Part shown: piece after piece, positions 1 to 8,668 of the stretch | How the letters are laid out: each line of letters opens with the position of its first letter | Position numbering within the stretch: the stretch's first letter is position 1 | Assembly: GCA_963707985.1 (NCBI GenBank) | Contig: CAVPRW010000031.1 | Span: 96,001 to 160,000 of the forward strand | Source of the DNA: an uncultured Nitrospinota bacterium | Lineage (GTDB): Bacteria > Tectomicrobia > Entotheonellia > J063 > CAVPRW01 | DNA: 64,000 nucleotides | Reading direction: 5' to 3' | Program-made: the position numbers and the translations under genes | The notes under the pieces: generated by a model | Told to the model about the DNA's origin: nothing | What the model saw: the letters and a program-made list of their open reading frames with translations, nothing else | The model's database searches: none

Positions 1-98
1 GAAGAGGTCGCTAAGGTACTGCGTGAGATCGATTTGCACGTCGAGCTTGAAGAAGCCTAGGTGCGAGATATCGAGATAGGCCACGGGCCGGGGGACAT

Positions 99-707
99 AT
101 GCGGTGCGGACTGAACTTTTTCCCATCATGTCACCCCGAGTACATGTCGGGCCAGGTCTATTTTCAGGAAGCGCTGGACCTCTGTGGCTTAGCGGACAGC
201 CTCGACTATGCCACCGTGAAAATCGTCGAGCACTATTTTCGAGCCTATGGGGGGTACAGTCCCAGCCCCCTGATTTTTCTGGCTGCCGCAGCCCAGCGCA
301 CGCGTGACATCCGACTGGTCACCGGTGCAGCCATCCCCGCCTTGCACCATCCTCTGAAATTAGCCGCCGAACTAGCCATGGTCGACTGCATCAGCGGAGG
401 ACGCTTGGAGGCGGGATTCGCCCGAGCCTTCCTGCCGCATGAATTCGAAGCCTTCGAGGTCGACATGGAGGAGAGCCGTCCACGCTTTGAGGAGGGCATC
501 GCAATCGTCAAGCGGCTCTGGACTGAGGGGCGCGCGTTGATCGGGGACTCCCACGCGGTGCTCGATCAATTGCATCACCTGCGCCAACAATTCGGGCCAA
601 TTCAGCCGGAGATGCAGATCATGTTCGGCAATATGGATTATACACGGGCTCGACGCAGTGTGGAACTCTTCGGACGCGAGGTGCTCCCAGCCGTCGAAGG
701 TCTCTGA
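99..707 (+). CDS. LLM-class (luciferase-like) flavin-dependent oxidoreductase, apparently internally deleted
   Basis: EHYFRAYGGYSPSP, LAAELAMVDCISGGRLEAGFARA and SVELFGREVLP motifs; only 202 aa versus ~330 typical. Confidence 0.75.
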   Translation: MRCGLNFFPSCHPEYMSGQVYFQEALDLCGLADSLDYATVKIVEHYFRAYGGYSPSPLIFLAAAAQRTRDIRLVTGAAIPALHHPLKLAAELAMVDCISGGRLEAGFARAFLPHEFEAFEVDMEESRPRFEEGIAIVKRLWTEGRALIGDSHAVLDQLHHLRQQFGPIQPEMQIMFGNMDYTRARRSVELFGREVLPAVEGL

Positions 708-917
708 GAATTCAGGCCTTCCATGCCTTTCCCCCCTCAACATTGTATGCTAGATTAGAGCAAGCGAGAACAACGCCGCGTGGACATGATGATCGGCCGC
801 GCCAGAAGTTACGTTGTCAAACGACCGCGATGGCGGATGTACCGCTCAACTCAGGGGACTGACCTGCGCGGCCGGTTTCATACGCTAGTCGTGCCACTCC
901 GCAAAGAGGAGAGGTTC

Positions 918-2039
918 ATGACGTTTCCAGGACACGCGACCCCTGAAGGGACAGCCCGCTATGCGTCCCGTCTGCAGGGAACCGTCGCACAGGAACATTT
1001 CCGCGAATTTCAGGGGCTGCAGATCTCCTCGATTGGCCTTGGAACTTATCTTGGTGAACATGATGTGAGCACGGATACCCAGTATCGTGACGCCATCATT
1101 CGAGCGGTCGAGCTGGGCTGCAACCTTATCGATACCGCGATAAACTATCGCTTCCAACAAAGCGAGCGTACGATCGGACAGGCGTTGGCCATGCTCTTCG
1201 AGCAAGGGCGGGTGCATCGCGATGAGCTGGTCATCGCCACCAAGGGGGGCTTCCTGCCGTTTGACGAGGGTCCACCGCGATCGCAGCAAGAATTTTTCGG
1301 CTATGTCGAGAAGACGTTTATTCAACCAGGAATCATCAAGCCAGCCGATATCGTCGCCGGGTGTCATTGCATGACGCCGGCGTATCTTCAACATCAACTG
1401 GACGCGAGCCTCCAGAATCTTGGGCTGGAGTGTGTGGATATCTATTACATACATAACCCCGAAACCCAGCTCGACGAAGTCCCACGGGTAGAGTTCGTAC
1501 AGCGCATGCGTGCCGCCTTTCAGGCGCTAGAGGCAAACGTCGCTGCCGGCAAGCTGCGCTGGTCTGGCACGGCCACCTGGGAAGGTTACCGTCGACCGCC
1601 GGACGCCACGGATTATCTGGCCCTCGGAGAGCTGGTCGCAGCAGCGCAGGACGTTGGGGGTGAAGAGCACCATTTTCGGGCGATTCAGCTGCCTCACAAT
1701 CTCGCTATGCCTGAGGCATTGACCCAACAAAACCAGCAGGTCGATGGACAGATGCTGGCACCACTCGAGGCCGCGCAGGTATTTGGGATCTATGCGATGT
1801 GCAGTGCTTCGATCCTACAAAGCCGTCTGACCCGCGGGTTGCCTGATGTCCTGGCGCAGGTTTTCCAACTTGACACCGCTGCCCAGTGTGCCATCCAATT
1901 CGTTCGCTCCTCTCCAGGGGTCGGCTCGGCCCTGATCGGCATGAAGCAGGTCAGGCACGTGGAGGAAAATCTTGCCGTCGCCAAAGTGCCGCCAGCCTCG
2001 CTAGAGCAGTTCATGCAGTTGTTCGAACGGTCATCATAA
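918..2039 (+). CDS. Aldo/keto reductase
   Basis: SSIGLGTY, IDTAINY, ATKGG, DIYYIHNP motifs; RBS gaggagagg before ATG 918. Confidence 0.9.
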   Translation: MTFPGHATPEGTARYASRLQGTVAQEHFREFQGLQISSIGLGTYLGEHDVSTDTQYRDAIIRAVELGCNLIDTAINYRFQQSERTIGQALAMLFEQGRVHRDELVIATKGGFLPFDEGPPRSQQEFFGYVEKTFIQPGIIKPADIVAGCHCMTPAYLQHQLDASLQNLGLECVDIYYIHNPETQLDEVPRVEFVQRMRAAFQALEANVAAGKLRWSGTATWEGYRRPPDATDYLALGELVAAAQDVGGEEHHFRAIQLPHNLAMPEALTQQNQQVDGQMLAPLEAAQVFGIYAMCSASILQSRLTRGLPDVLAQVFQLDTAAQCAIQFVRSSPGVGSALIGMKQVRHVEENLAVAKVPPASLEQFMQLFERSS

Positions 2040-2055
2040 CTGAGGAGGACTCCAG

Positions 2056-3414
2056 ATGGCTCAAGTCAGCACCGTGGATCTGGTCAAGGAGGATCAGGAA
2101 CATCTTTTCCATCCCTTGCATCACCCCGCCGATCACCAGTCCCCCAAGGTGTGGGTGAAAGGGGAAGGGATTTACTTGTGGGATGCCGAGGGGCGGCAAT
2201 ATATCGATGGACTGGCCTGCTTGTGGAACGTTAATGTGGGCCATGGTCGTCGAGAGTTGGCCGAAGCGGCTGCGACGCAGATGGCCGAACTGGCGTATTG
2301 CTCATCCTACGCGGGTGCCACCAATATCCCGGCCACAAAGTTGGCCACGAAATTGGCGTCGTTGGCATACCCCAGCCTCAACACCGTATACTTCACCAGT
2401 GGTGGAGCAGAATCGAACGAGAGTGCTTTCAAGACCGCGAGGTTTTATTGGAAGGCCAATGGCAAACCGGACAAGGTCAAAATTATCGCACGCCAGCATG
2501 GCTACCATGGCGTGACACTGGCAGCGATGAGCGCCACTGGAATGGCTCCATACTGGAAGATGTTCGAGCCACGGGTACCCAATTTCGTCCATGTGCAGGC
2601 ACCGTATCCCTATCGGTTTGAAGGTGTGAAGCCGGGTGAAACCATTGGTCAGGCCGCAGCCCGGCAATTGGAGGAAAAAATCCTTGCAGAAGGCCCAGAC
2701 ACCGTGGCTGCCTTCATCGCTGAGCCGGTACAGGGCGCCGGCGGGGTCATTGTGCCGCCCGATGACTATTTCCCCAACATCCGCCGCGTATGCGATCAAT
2801 ACGAGGTCTTATTTATCGCCGACGAGGTGATTACCGGCTTTGGCCGAACTGGCAGCTGGTTCGCCCTCGACCGTTGGGGCGTTGAGCCGGATATCATGTC
2901 GTTCGCCAAAGGCGTCACCAGCGGTTATCTGCCGCTGGGCGGCATCATGATCTCGGATAGCATTCGCCAGGCCGTGCTATCGGCCAAGTACGAGGATCGC
3001 TGGATGCACGCCTATACCTACTCCGGCCATCCGACCTGTTGTGCCGTCGGTCTGAAGAATATCGAGATCATAGAGAAGGAAGGTTTGGTTAAACACGCTG
3101 GGGAGATGGGGACGCGTCTCTTGGCCGGACTCAAGACACTCGAAGAGTTTGCCGCCGTGGGCGATGTGCGGGGCCTGGGCCTGATGGCAGCCGTCGAGCT
3201 CGTCGCCGACCGCTCGACCAAGGCGCCGACGGACCCGGCTCTGAAGATCGGCCCGCGCGTGCAGGATGAATGCATTAAGCGCGGGCTCTATACCCGCATT
3301 CGCAGTGATATCATGATGCTATGTCCGGCGCTGGTCATTCGAGGCGAAGAAGTAGACCGGATAGTCGACACCTTGCGCGAAGCCTTGCAGGCCGTCGTGC
3401 CAGAGCGGGCATAA
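2056..3414 (+). CDS. Class III PLP aminotransferase (omega-amino acid/BioA-like)
   Basis: FIAEPVQGAGG, FIADEVITGFGRTG, AKGVTSGYLP motifs. Confidence 0.92.
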   Translation: MAQVSTVDLVKEDQEHLFHPLHHPADHQSPKVWVKGEGIYLWDAEGRQYIDGLACLWNVNVGHGRRELAEAAATQMAELAYCSSYAGATNIPATKLATKLASLAYPSLNTVYFTSGGAESNESAFKTARFYWKANGKPDKVKIIARQHGYHGVTLAAMSATGMAPYWKMFEPRVPNFVHVQAPYPYRFEGVKPGETIGQAAARQLEEKILAEGPDTVAAFIAEPVQGAGGVIVPPDDYFPNIRRVCDQYEVLFIADEVITGFGRTGSWFALDRWGVEPDIMSFAKGVTSGYLPLGGIMISDSIRQAVLSAKYEDRWMHAYTYSGHPTCCAVGLKNIEIIEKEGLVKHAGEMGTRLLAGLKTLEEFAAVGDVRGLGLMAAVELVADRSTKAPTDPALKIGPRVQDECIKRGLYTRIRSDIMMLCPALVIRGEEVDRIVDTLREALQAVVPERA

Positions 3415-3618
3415 GCCTGACGAGCAAGATCACAGAGGCGGGCTCCGGCGTGGACAGCCACGAGCGAGTGGGCTTCCGTGGCCCGTCAGCCCCTGTCACC
3501 AGGGGGCCTTCGGCTGCACCTGCTCAGCACCGTCCGGCGATTTTCCCCTTCCACTTACCCATGTTTCTGATAGTGTCACAGGACATTGTGAGGCACAGTG
3601 CCTCCTGTTGGCCTTAGA

Positions 3619-4074
3619 TCAGGAAGAGGATGAGACAGGGACGCCCTCGGCGCAGACGCCACACACACCGTAGAACTCCAAGGTATGCGAGGTGATACGC
3701 GAGTGCGTGCGGCGGATAATGGCCTGCTCGGTAGTCGCGAGGGGGCAAGCATCGATATCTTCCACTCTGCCGCAAAGATTGCAGACGAAGTGATGATGAT
3801 GGCTGCCAAAGGAATCCGCCAGCTCATAGCGGGCAAATCCCTCATGAAATTGCAGCCGACGCACGATGCCCAAGTCGCAGAACAGTTGGACCGTGCGGTA
3901 CACAGACACTCGGTTGATGGAGCGGTCGTCTAGGCGAGTGTGGATCTCTTCGATGCTAAGAGGTGTCTCCCCGGCTAACAGCACATGCGCTACCGCCCGT
4001 CGCGGCGTGGTCAAGCGATAGCCAGCCTCCTTGAGCAGGGTGTATATGCGATCCGCCGGCACGGTAACGGTCAT
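3619..4074 (-). CDS. Fur-family metal-responsive repressor
   Basis: RLTTPRRAV, SVYRTV, HHHHFVCNLCG, CGVC motifs. Confidence 0.92.
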   Translation of the reverse strand: MTVTVPADRIYTLLKEAGYRLTTPRRAVAHVLLAGETPLSIEEIHTRLDDRSINRVSVYRTVQLFCDLGIVRRLQFHEGFARYELADSFGSHHHHFVCNLCGRVEDIDACPLATTEQAIIRRTHSRITSHTLEFYGVCGVCAEGVPVSSSS

Positions 4075-4279
4075 ATCTCCCCCTCACATTGCAGGTGCGA
4101 AGTGTGCTCAGTATGGCAAAATTATGCTGTCGATGCAAGTCTCTTCCGAAGATCGTCGTCAATCCGGAACCCTCGATTGTCCAGCCTCCTTTGTTGACAG
4201 CTCACCCTCTTAGGGAGAATAATACAATCAGTATAACGCTGCTTGCAGGAAGTGTCTGATGCAGTCAAGGAGCCTAGCG

Positions 4280-4633
4280 ATGGCGGAGAAAGATCACGAA
4301 CCATCACGCCTTGAGCAGTTTCGGGAAATCGTCGATCTCGACCCGGATGACTATTTCTCTCACTTCGGCTATGCCAGTGCGCTCTTCGATGTCGGCCGCT
4401 ATCCAGAGGCCGTGCTGGAATTCCGCCAAGCGATCCGCCTCAAGCCCGATTACTCGGCAGCCTTCCGTGATCTCGGCAAAGCCTTAGAGCGAAGCGGTGC
4501 GCCCGCCGAAGCGATGCAAGCATACGGCCAGGGTATTCCCATCGCCGAGCGGAATGGCGACCTGCAAACCCTCAAGGAGATGCAAGTATTTCTCAAGCGG
4601 TTAGAACAGGGGCAAGGCCAAGAGACCTGCTAG
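4280..4633 (+). CDS. Tetratricopeptide repeat protein
   Basis: TPR pattern FRQAIRLKPDYSAAFRDLGKAL; RBS aggag. Confidence 0.85.
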   Translation: MAEKDHEPSRLEQFREIVDLDPDDYFSHFGYASALFDVGRYPEAVLEFRQAIRLKPDYSAAFRDLGKALERSGAPAEAMQAYGQGIPIAERNGDLQTLKEMQVFLKRLEQGQGQETC

Positions 4634-4647
4634 AGGAGCACCCGGCA

Positions 4648-4971
4648 ATGAGCGTTGGGCTACGCAATATGTGGATACGACCGGAAGTACATGTGATTGC
4701 CGACACGGCAGCCGATCATGCCAATCTGCTGCGCCGGGCTACGCTCAAGGTTGACGGCCTTCTGTGCGGTCTCTGAACGTTGAATGTGCGCCGGGCCCTG
4801 GCAGGGCATCCGGGTGTCCACGATGTCACCACCACCGGGGAGGGTGATCTGATAGAGGTCAGCTATGCTCCCGCCGAGACCTCCCTGGCCAGGCTGTGCC
4901 AACAGGTCATGGATACGGTGGTGCTGCCGGGCGTGCGTAGCTTGTTGGGGCGATTCTCCTCGCCGCAGTGA
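4648..4971 (+). CDS. Heavy-metal-associated (HMA)-like protein with in-frame TGA at CxxU (putative selenoprotein)
   Basis: RBS agaggag, ATG 4648, ATLKVDGLLCGL-TGA(4774-4776)-TLNVRRALAGHPGVHDV; hairpin downstream of TGA. Confidence 0.7.
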
Positions 4972-5144
4972 GCAAAATACCTCGCGCCTAATCCTCTTGG
5001 ACATCTCACTGTACCCTATACAGCCGACCTTTTCCCCCGCTTCTACCAAGATGATTCCCTTCCCACCATGATTGTGTTTATATTAGGGACGGTCACAGCT
5101 TTTTTCCTGCATCCGCAGCCACGATACATGTGGAGGAAGTACTC

Positions 5145-5774
5145 GTGAGTGTACACGCGAAGTTACGTGGATTGTACGTCATCACCGACACCAAGCTGAT
5201 CCCCCGCTCCCGTTTTGTCGAAGCCGTGGAGGCGGCCGTGCGCGGTGGCGCCACCATGGTGCAACTGCGGGAAAAGGAAACACCGCAGGACGAGGTGATC
5301 CGCTTGGGGCGCGAGATCCTGGCCGTGACGCGGCGCCATGGGGCGCTATTAATTATCAACGATCATCCGTCGGTGGCAAAAGCGGTCGGCGCCGATGGGG
5401 CGCATGTCGGGCGCGAAGATCCGTCCGTGGAGGAGACCCGTGCCCTGCTCGGCCCCGATGCCATCATCGGCGCCTCATGCTATGGAGACGTCACTCGCGC
5501 CGTAGCTGCCGAGCAAGCGGGCGCTGACTACGTAGCCTTTGGTACCCCCTTTCCCTCCCCCACCAAGACCAAACGCACCGATATCTCATTGGGGATTTTT
5601 CGGGAGGTCAAGCAGCATGTGAAGGTGCCGGTATTCGCCATCGGCGGCATCACCATCGACAATGTGCAGCAGGTCATCGACGCCGGTGCCGATGGCATCG
5701 CGGTAGTCTCCGGCGTGTTCGCCGCCGCTGATGTCGAGGCCGCGGCGCAGGCGCTGGCGCAACTTTTCGAATAA
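5145..5774 (+). CDS. thiE: Thiamine-phosphate synthase
   Basis: LYVITD, VQLREK, IINDH, GAHVGRED, AIGGIT motifs. Confidence 0.93.
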   Translation: MSVHAKLRGLYVITDTKLIPRSRFVEAVEAAVRGGATMVQLREKETPQDEVIRLGREILAVTRRHGALLIINDHPSVAKAVGADGAHVGREDPSVEETRALLGPDAIIGASCYGDVTRAVAAEQAGADYVAFGTPFPSPTKTKRTDISLGIFREVKQHVKVPVFAIGGITIDNVQQVIDAGADGIAVVSGVFAAADVEAAAQALAQLFE

Positions 5775-5949
5775 TCGATGCTGGGCGAAGAGGAGTATCG
5801 CGCATGGAGAAGATCTGCCGCAATTATCCTGACATTGCCCCAGCAGGTCCCACATAGACAGGTACCAGGGGAGATGTGTGATGTGCTGTTGACATGACTC
5901 GACGCTTCTCGTATAACTACCTCAACGGCATAGTCCATTGCGTTAAAGC

Positions 5950-6600
5950 ATGATATATTCATACCATTTTCCGATGTCAGAAGCCCTGAATCGCGCCACA
6001 CGCTCAATCACGGAAGCCGACCTGCCTCGCATGGTCCTCGAGGTGCGCGAGCTGCCTGCAGAATTCCAAGGTTTCCACCCCACACACGAGGGCGTCCTGG
6101 ACAATGCCACGATGGCGGAGCAGGGCTTTTTGGGTAGTCGTGCCGAGCACTTTACTGCCATCGGACGTCTCACAGGTTATGTACAGGAATTTTCCGCACC
6201 GCTTCCCAGAGGTGAGCCGATCGCTGTCGGCTCCGACCTGGCAGTGGCTACCGTCGCTCACCTCTTCGAAGATGCTGCAGGGGTGTCGCGTTGGATGCAG
6301 GAGATCTTTCTCGGGCAGTTCGAGGCCAACGTTGGCCAGGAAATCCACCCAGGTCAGCACCTGTTAATGGTGGAACGTTTGGCATTTCAGGGCTTCTCGG
6401 ATGAGGTGGTGGGGCTACGGGTATTGCAGAGCGGACCACAAGGGCCAGTGTCATCAACGGTTGTCGACTTCCGGATCGGACGTTTACTTGGCGTGGTCTA
6501 CATCGCCACCTTCGGGAATTACGAGCGACGGGCGGTCGTGGAGCGTCTCGGGCATATGCTGGAACGCAAAATCGTGCGGGTGGTGCTCGGGGACCTGTGA
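5950..6600 (+). CDS. Hypothetical protein
   Basis: 216-aa ORF with protein-like composition; no recognised motif. Confidence 0.65.
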   Translation: MIYSYHFPMSEALNRATRSITEADLPRMVLEVRELPAEFQGFHPTHEGVLDNATMAEQGFLGSRAEHFTAIGRLTGYVQEFSAPLPRGEPIAVGSDLAVATVAHLFEDAAGVSRWMQEIFLGQFEANVGQEIHPGQHLLMVERLAFQGFSDEVVGLRVLQSGPQGPVSSTVVDFRIGRLLGVVYIATFGNYERRAVVERLGHMLERKIVRVVLGDL

Positions 6601-6739
6601 CACGCGGGGTCCATCCCCTCGATTCTCACGCATCTCCAATCTTACCGACCACTAATGCTGTCGGTGACAAACATCCGTCGGTGATTCGGTGGCCTCGTCA
6701 TAGGGTAGCCGGTTCGGGAGAGTGCCGAGGAGATGAATC

Positions 6740-7223
6740 ATGGCCAAGGATAAGGGCCAGGTGCGTCGTGTCCTACAGATCTTAGGCCCTGAAGACCAGG
6801 AAACCCTCGCCATCCTGCACGATCCCCCCCGGATGGAAGAGTTGTTACGCCGACACGAGACCCTGGCCGAGGTCGAAGCGGCGGGAATTGTCAGCGGCAT
6901 GGGAGGTCTGCTGGCAGGAACAGATTTCTCCCACCCCCCTTTACCAGGACTGCACGTTTTTCCTGCAGTACTCGACGAACTGGTAGGGTTGTCCGACACG
7001 GTGCGAGACACCCTCCTACAGGTTCATTTGCCAGCACTGCTGGCGGCTCCCCAGGAGGGTCTGGCGCTCACCCAACTGTTTCAGGGTTTGTGGATCACCA
7101 TCTGCACGGTGGACGGGATCGACTACCGCATGGTCTATCAAATCGACGAACCAAGAGGCAGGGATTACGATCCTGATGGTCGGCACCTGGGAGAGCTTGG
7201 AGCAGCGACTTGAAGAGGACTAA
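6740..7223 (+). CDS. Antitoxin-tail/RelE-ParE-fold fusion protein, +1 frameshift near 7150
   Basis: ETLAILHDPPRMEEL (Phd/YefM C-terminal-like), then HLPALLAAPQEG...DYRMVYQIDE; alternate frame continues QEAGITILMVGTWESL to TAA 7221-7223. Confidence 0.55.
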
Positions 7224-7368
7224 GTCCCCAAACGAGGCTCCCCTCTGGGTGGGAGAGGAGGCAGACCCGGAGTGTGGGGAAAGGTCAGCCTGAAGGAAGA
7301 TTGTGGGGCTCGTTAGAGAGGGGGCGAGCCGCTGGCGGGAATTTAGACTCCCTCTGGAAGGGATCACC

Positions 7369-8433
7369 ATGCCGTTACACATTCTACGAACAAGTACTCC
7401 CAGAGCTCGCGTGCCTGAGTCCCAGTTAGGGTTCGGTCAGGTGTTCACCGACCATATGCTGCTCATGGATTATACGATCCAAGCGGGCTGGCATGAAGCC
7501 CGGATCGAGCCCTATGGACCCTTTTCTCTGGAGCCTTCGACGATCGTTTTCCACTATGGCCAAGCGATCTTTGACGGATTGAAAGCGTTTCGCACCCCGA
7601 CGGACGATGTAGTGCTGTTTCGTCCCCAACGTCACCTGAGACGCCTGAATACCTCGGCGGCGAGGTTGTGTATCCCACCTCTTGATGAAACCTTCACGTT
7701 GGTAGCCCTACAGGAACTTGTCCGCCTCGATGCCGATTGGGTGCCGCGCACACCAGGGTGCTCGCTCTACATACGCCCGACGCTCATCGCGACCGATCCC
7801 ACCCTTGGCGTGCACCCATCACGGACGTATCGCTTCTTCGTCATTATGTCGCCAGTGGGCGCCTATTATTCTGAGGGTTTCAAGCCGGTCAAGATCCTCG
7901 TGGAGGATCGCTATGTGCGGGCCGTGAGCGGAGGGTTAGGGGCCGCCAAAACGCCGGCCAACTATGCCGCCAGTCTACTGGCCGCTGAAGAGGCCCAGGC
8001 TCAGGGATTTTCCCAGGTACTCTGGCTGGATGGCATCGCCCACCGCTACATCGAAGAGGTGGGCTCGATGAACATCTTTTTCGTGATCGACGAGCAGTTG
8101 GTCACCCCGCCCCTGGAGGGGTCGATTCTCGATGGCGTGACACGTGACAGTGTGATCGCACTGGCCCAGAGTTGGGGGATTCGCGTCGCAGAGCGCCGCA
8201 TCGGTATCGATGACATCTTGGCTGCGCATGGCGCGGGCAACCTCACTGAAGTGTTCGGCACCGGCACGGCCGCCGTCATCTCCCCCGTTTGTGAGCTATT
8301 CTATAAAGGCCATACGATTGTCATCAACGACCGCAAGGTCGGGCCAATGACTCAGAAATTGTATGACGTACTAACCGGGATTCAGCGAGGAATTATGCCG
8401 GATTGCTTCGGATGGATGGTCTCTGTAAAGTAG
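7369..8433 (+). CDS. ilvE: Branched-chain amino acid aminotransferase
   Basis: FTDHM, HYGQAIFDGLKA, SLYIRP, EEVGSMNIF, ILDGVTRDS, GTGTAAVISP. Confidence 0.95.
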   Translation: MPLHILRTSTPRARVPESQLGFGQVFTDHMLLMDYTIQAGWHEARIEPYGPFSLEPSTIVFHYGQAIFDGLKAFRTPTDDVVLFRPQRHLRRLNTSAARLCIPPLDETFTLVALQELVRLDADWVPRTPGCSLYIRPTLIATDPTLGVHPSRTYRFFVIMSPVGAYYSEGFKPVKILVEDRYVRAVSGGLGAAKTPANYAASLLAAEEAQAQGFSQVLWLDGIAHRYIEEVGSMNIFFVIDEQLVTPPLEGSILDGVTRDSVIALAQSWGIRVAERRIGIDDILAAHGAGNLTEVFGTGTAAVISPVCELFYKGHTIVINDRKVGPMTQKLYDVLTGIQRGIMPDCFGWMVSVK

Positions 8434-8668
8434 GGGAGACTTTCCCAGATGTAGCCCGCGTTACCCTCCTTTGGCCATCATTATCCCAACGATTTCCACA
8501 ACAGTCTGACTTCCCTCTACAGTATGGTAAAAAGTGTTTATCTGTGCAGACCCACATGCCCCTTTCCGTTACTTCACCCTGACACCTATTCGGCGAAACT
8601 GACTGTGCCAATCTCCTATAGACTGATTTAAAAGCCAAAGGATGGGGGCATGTGCAGCCAAGCGAGAC

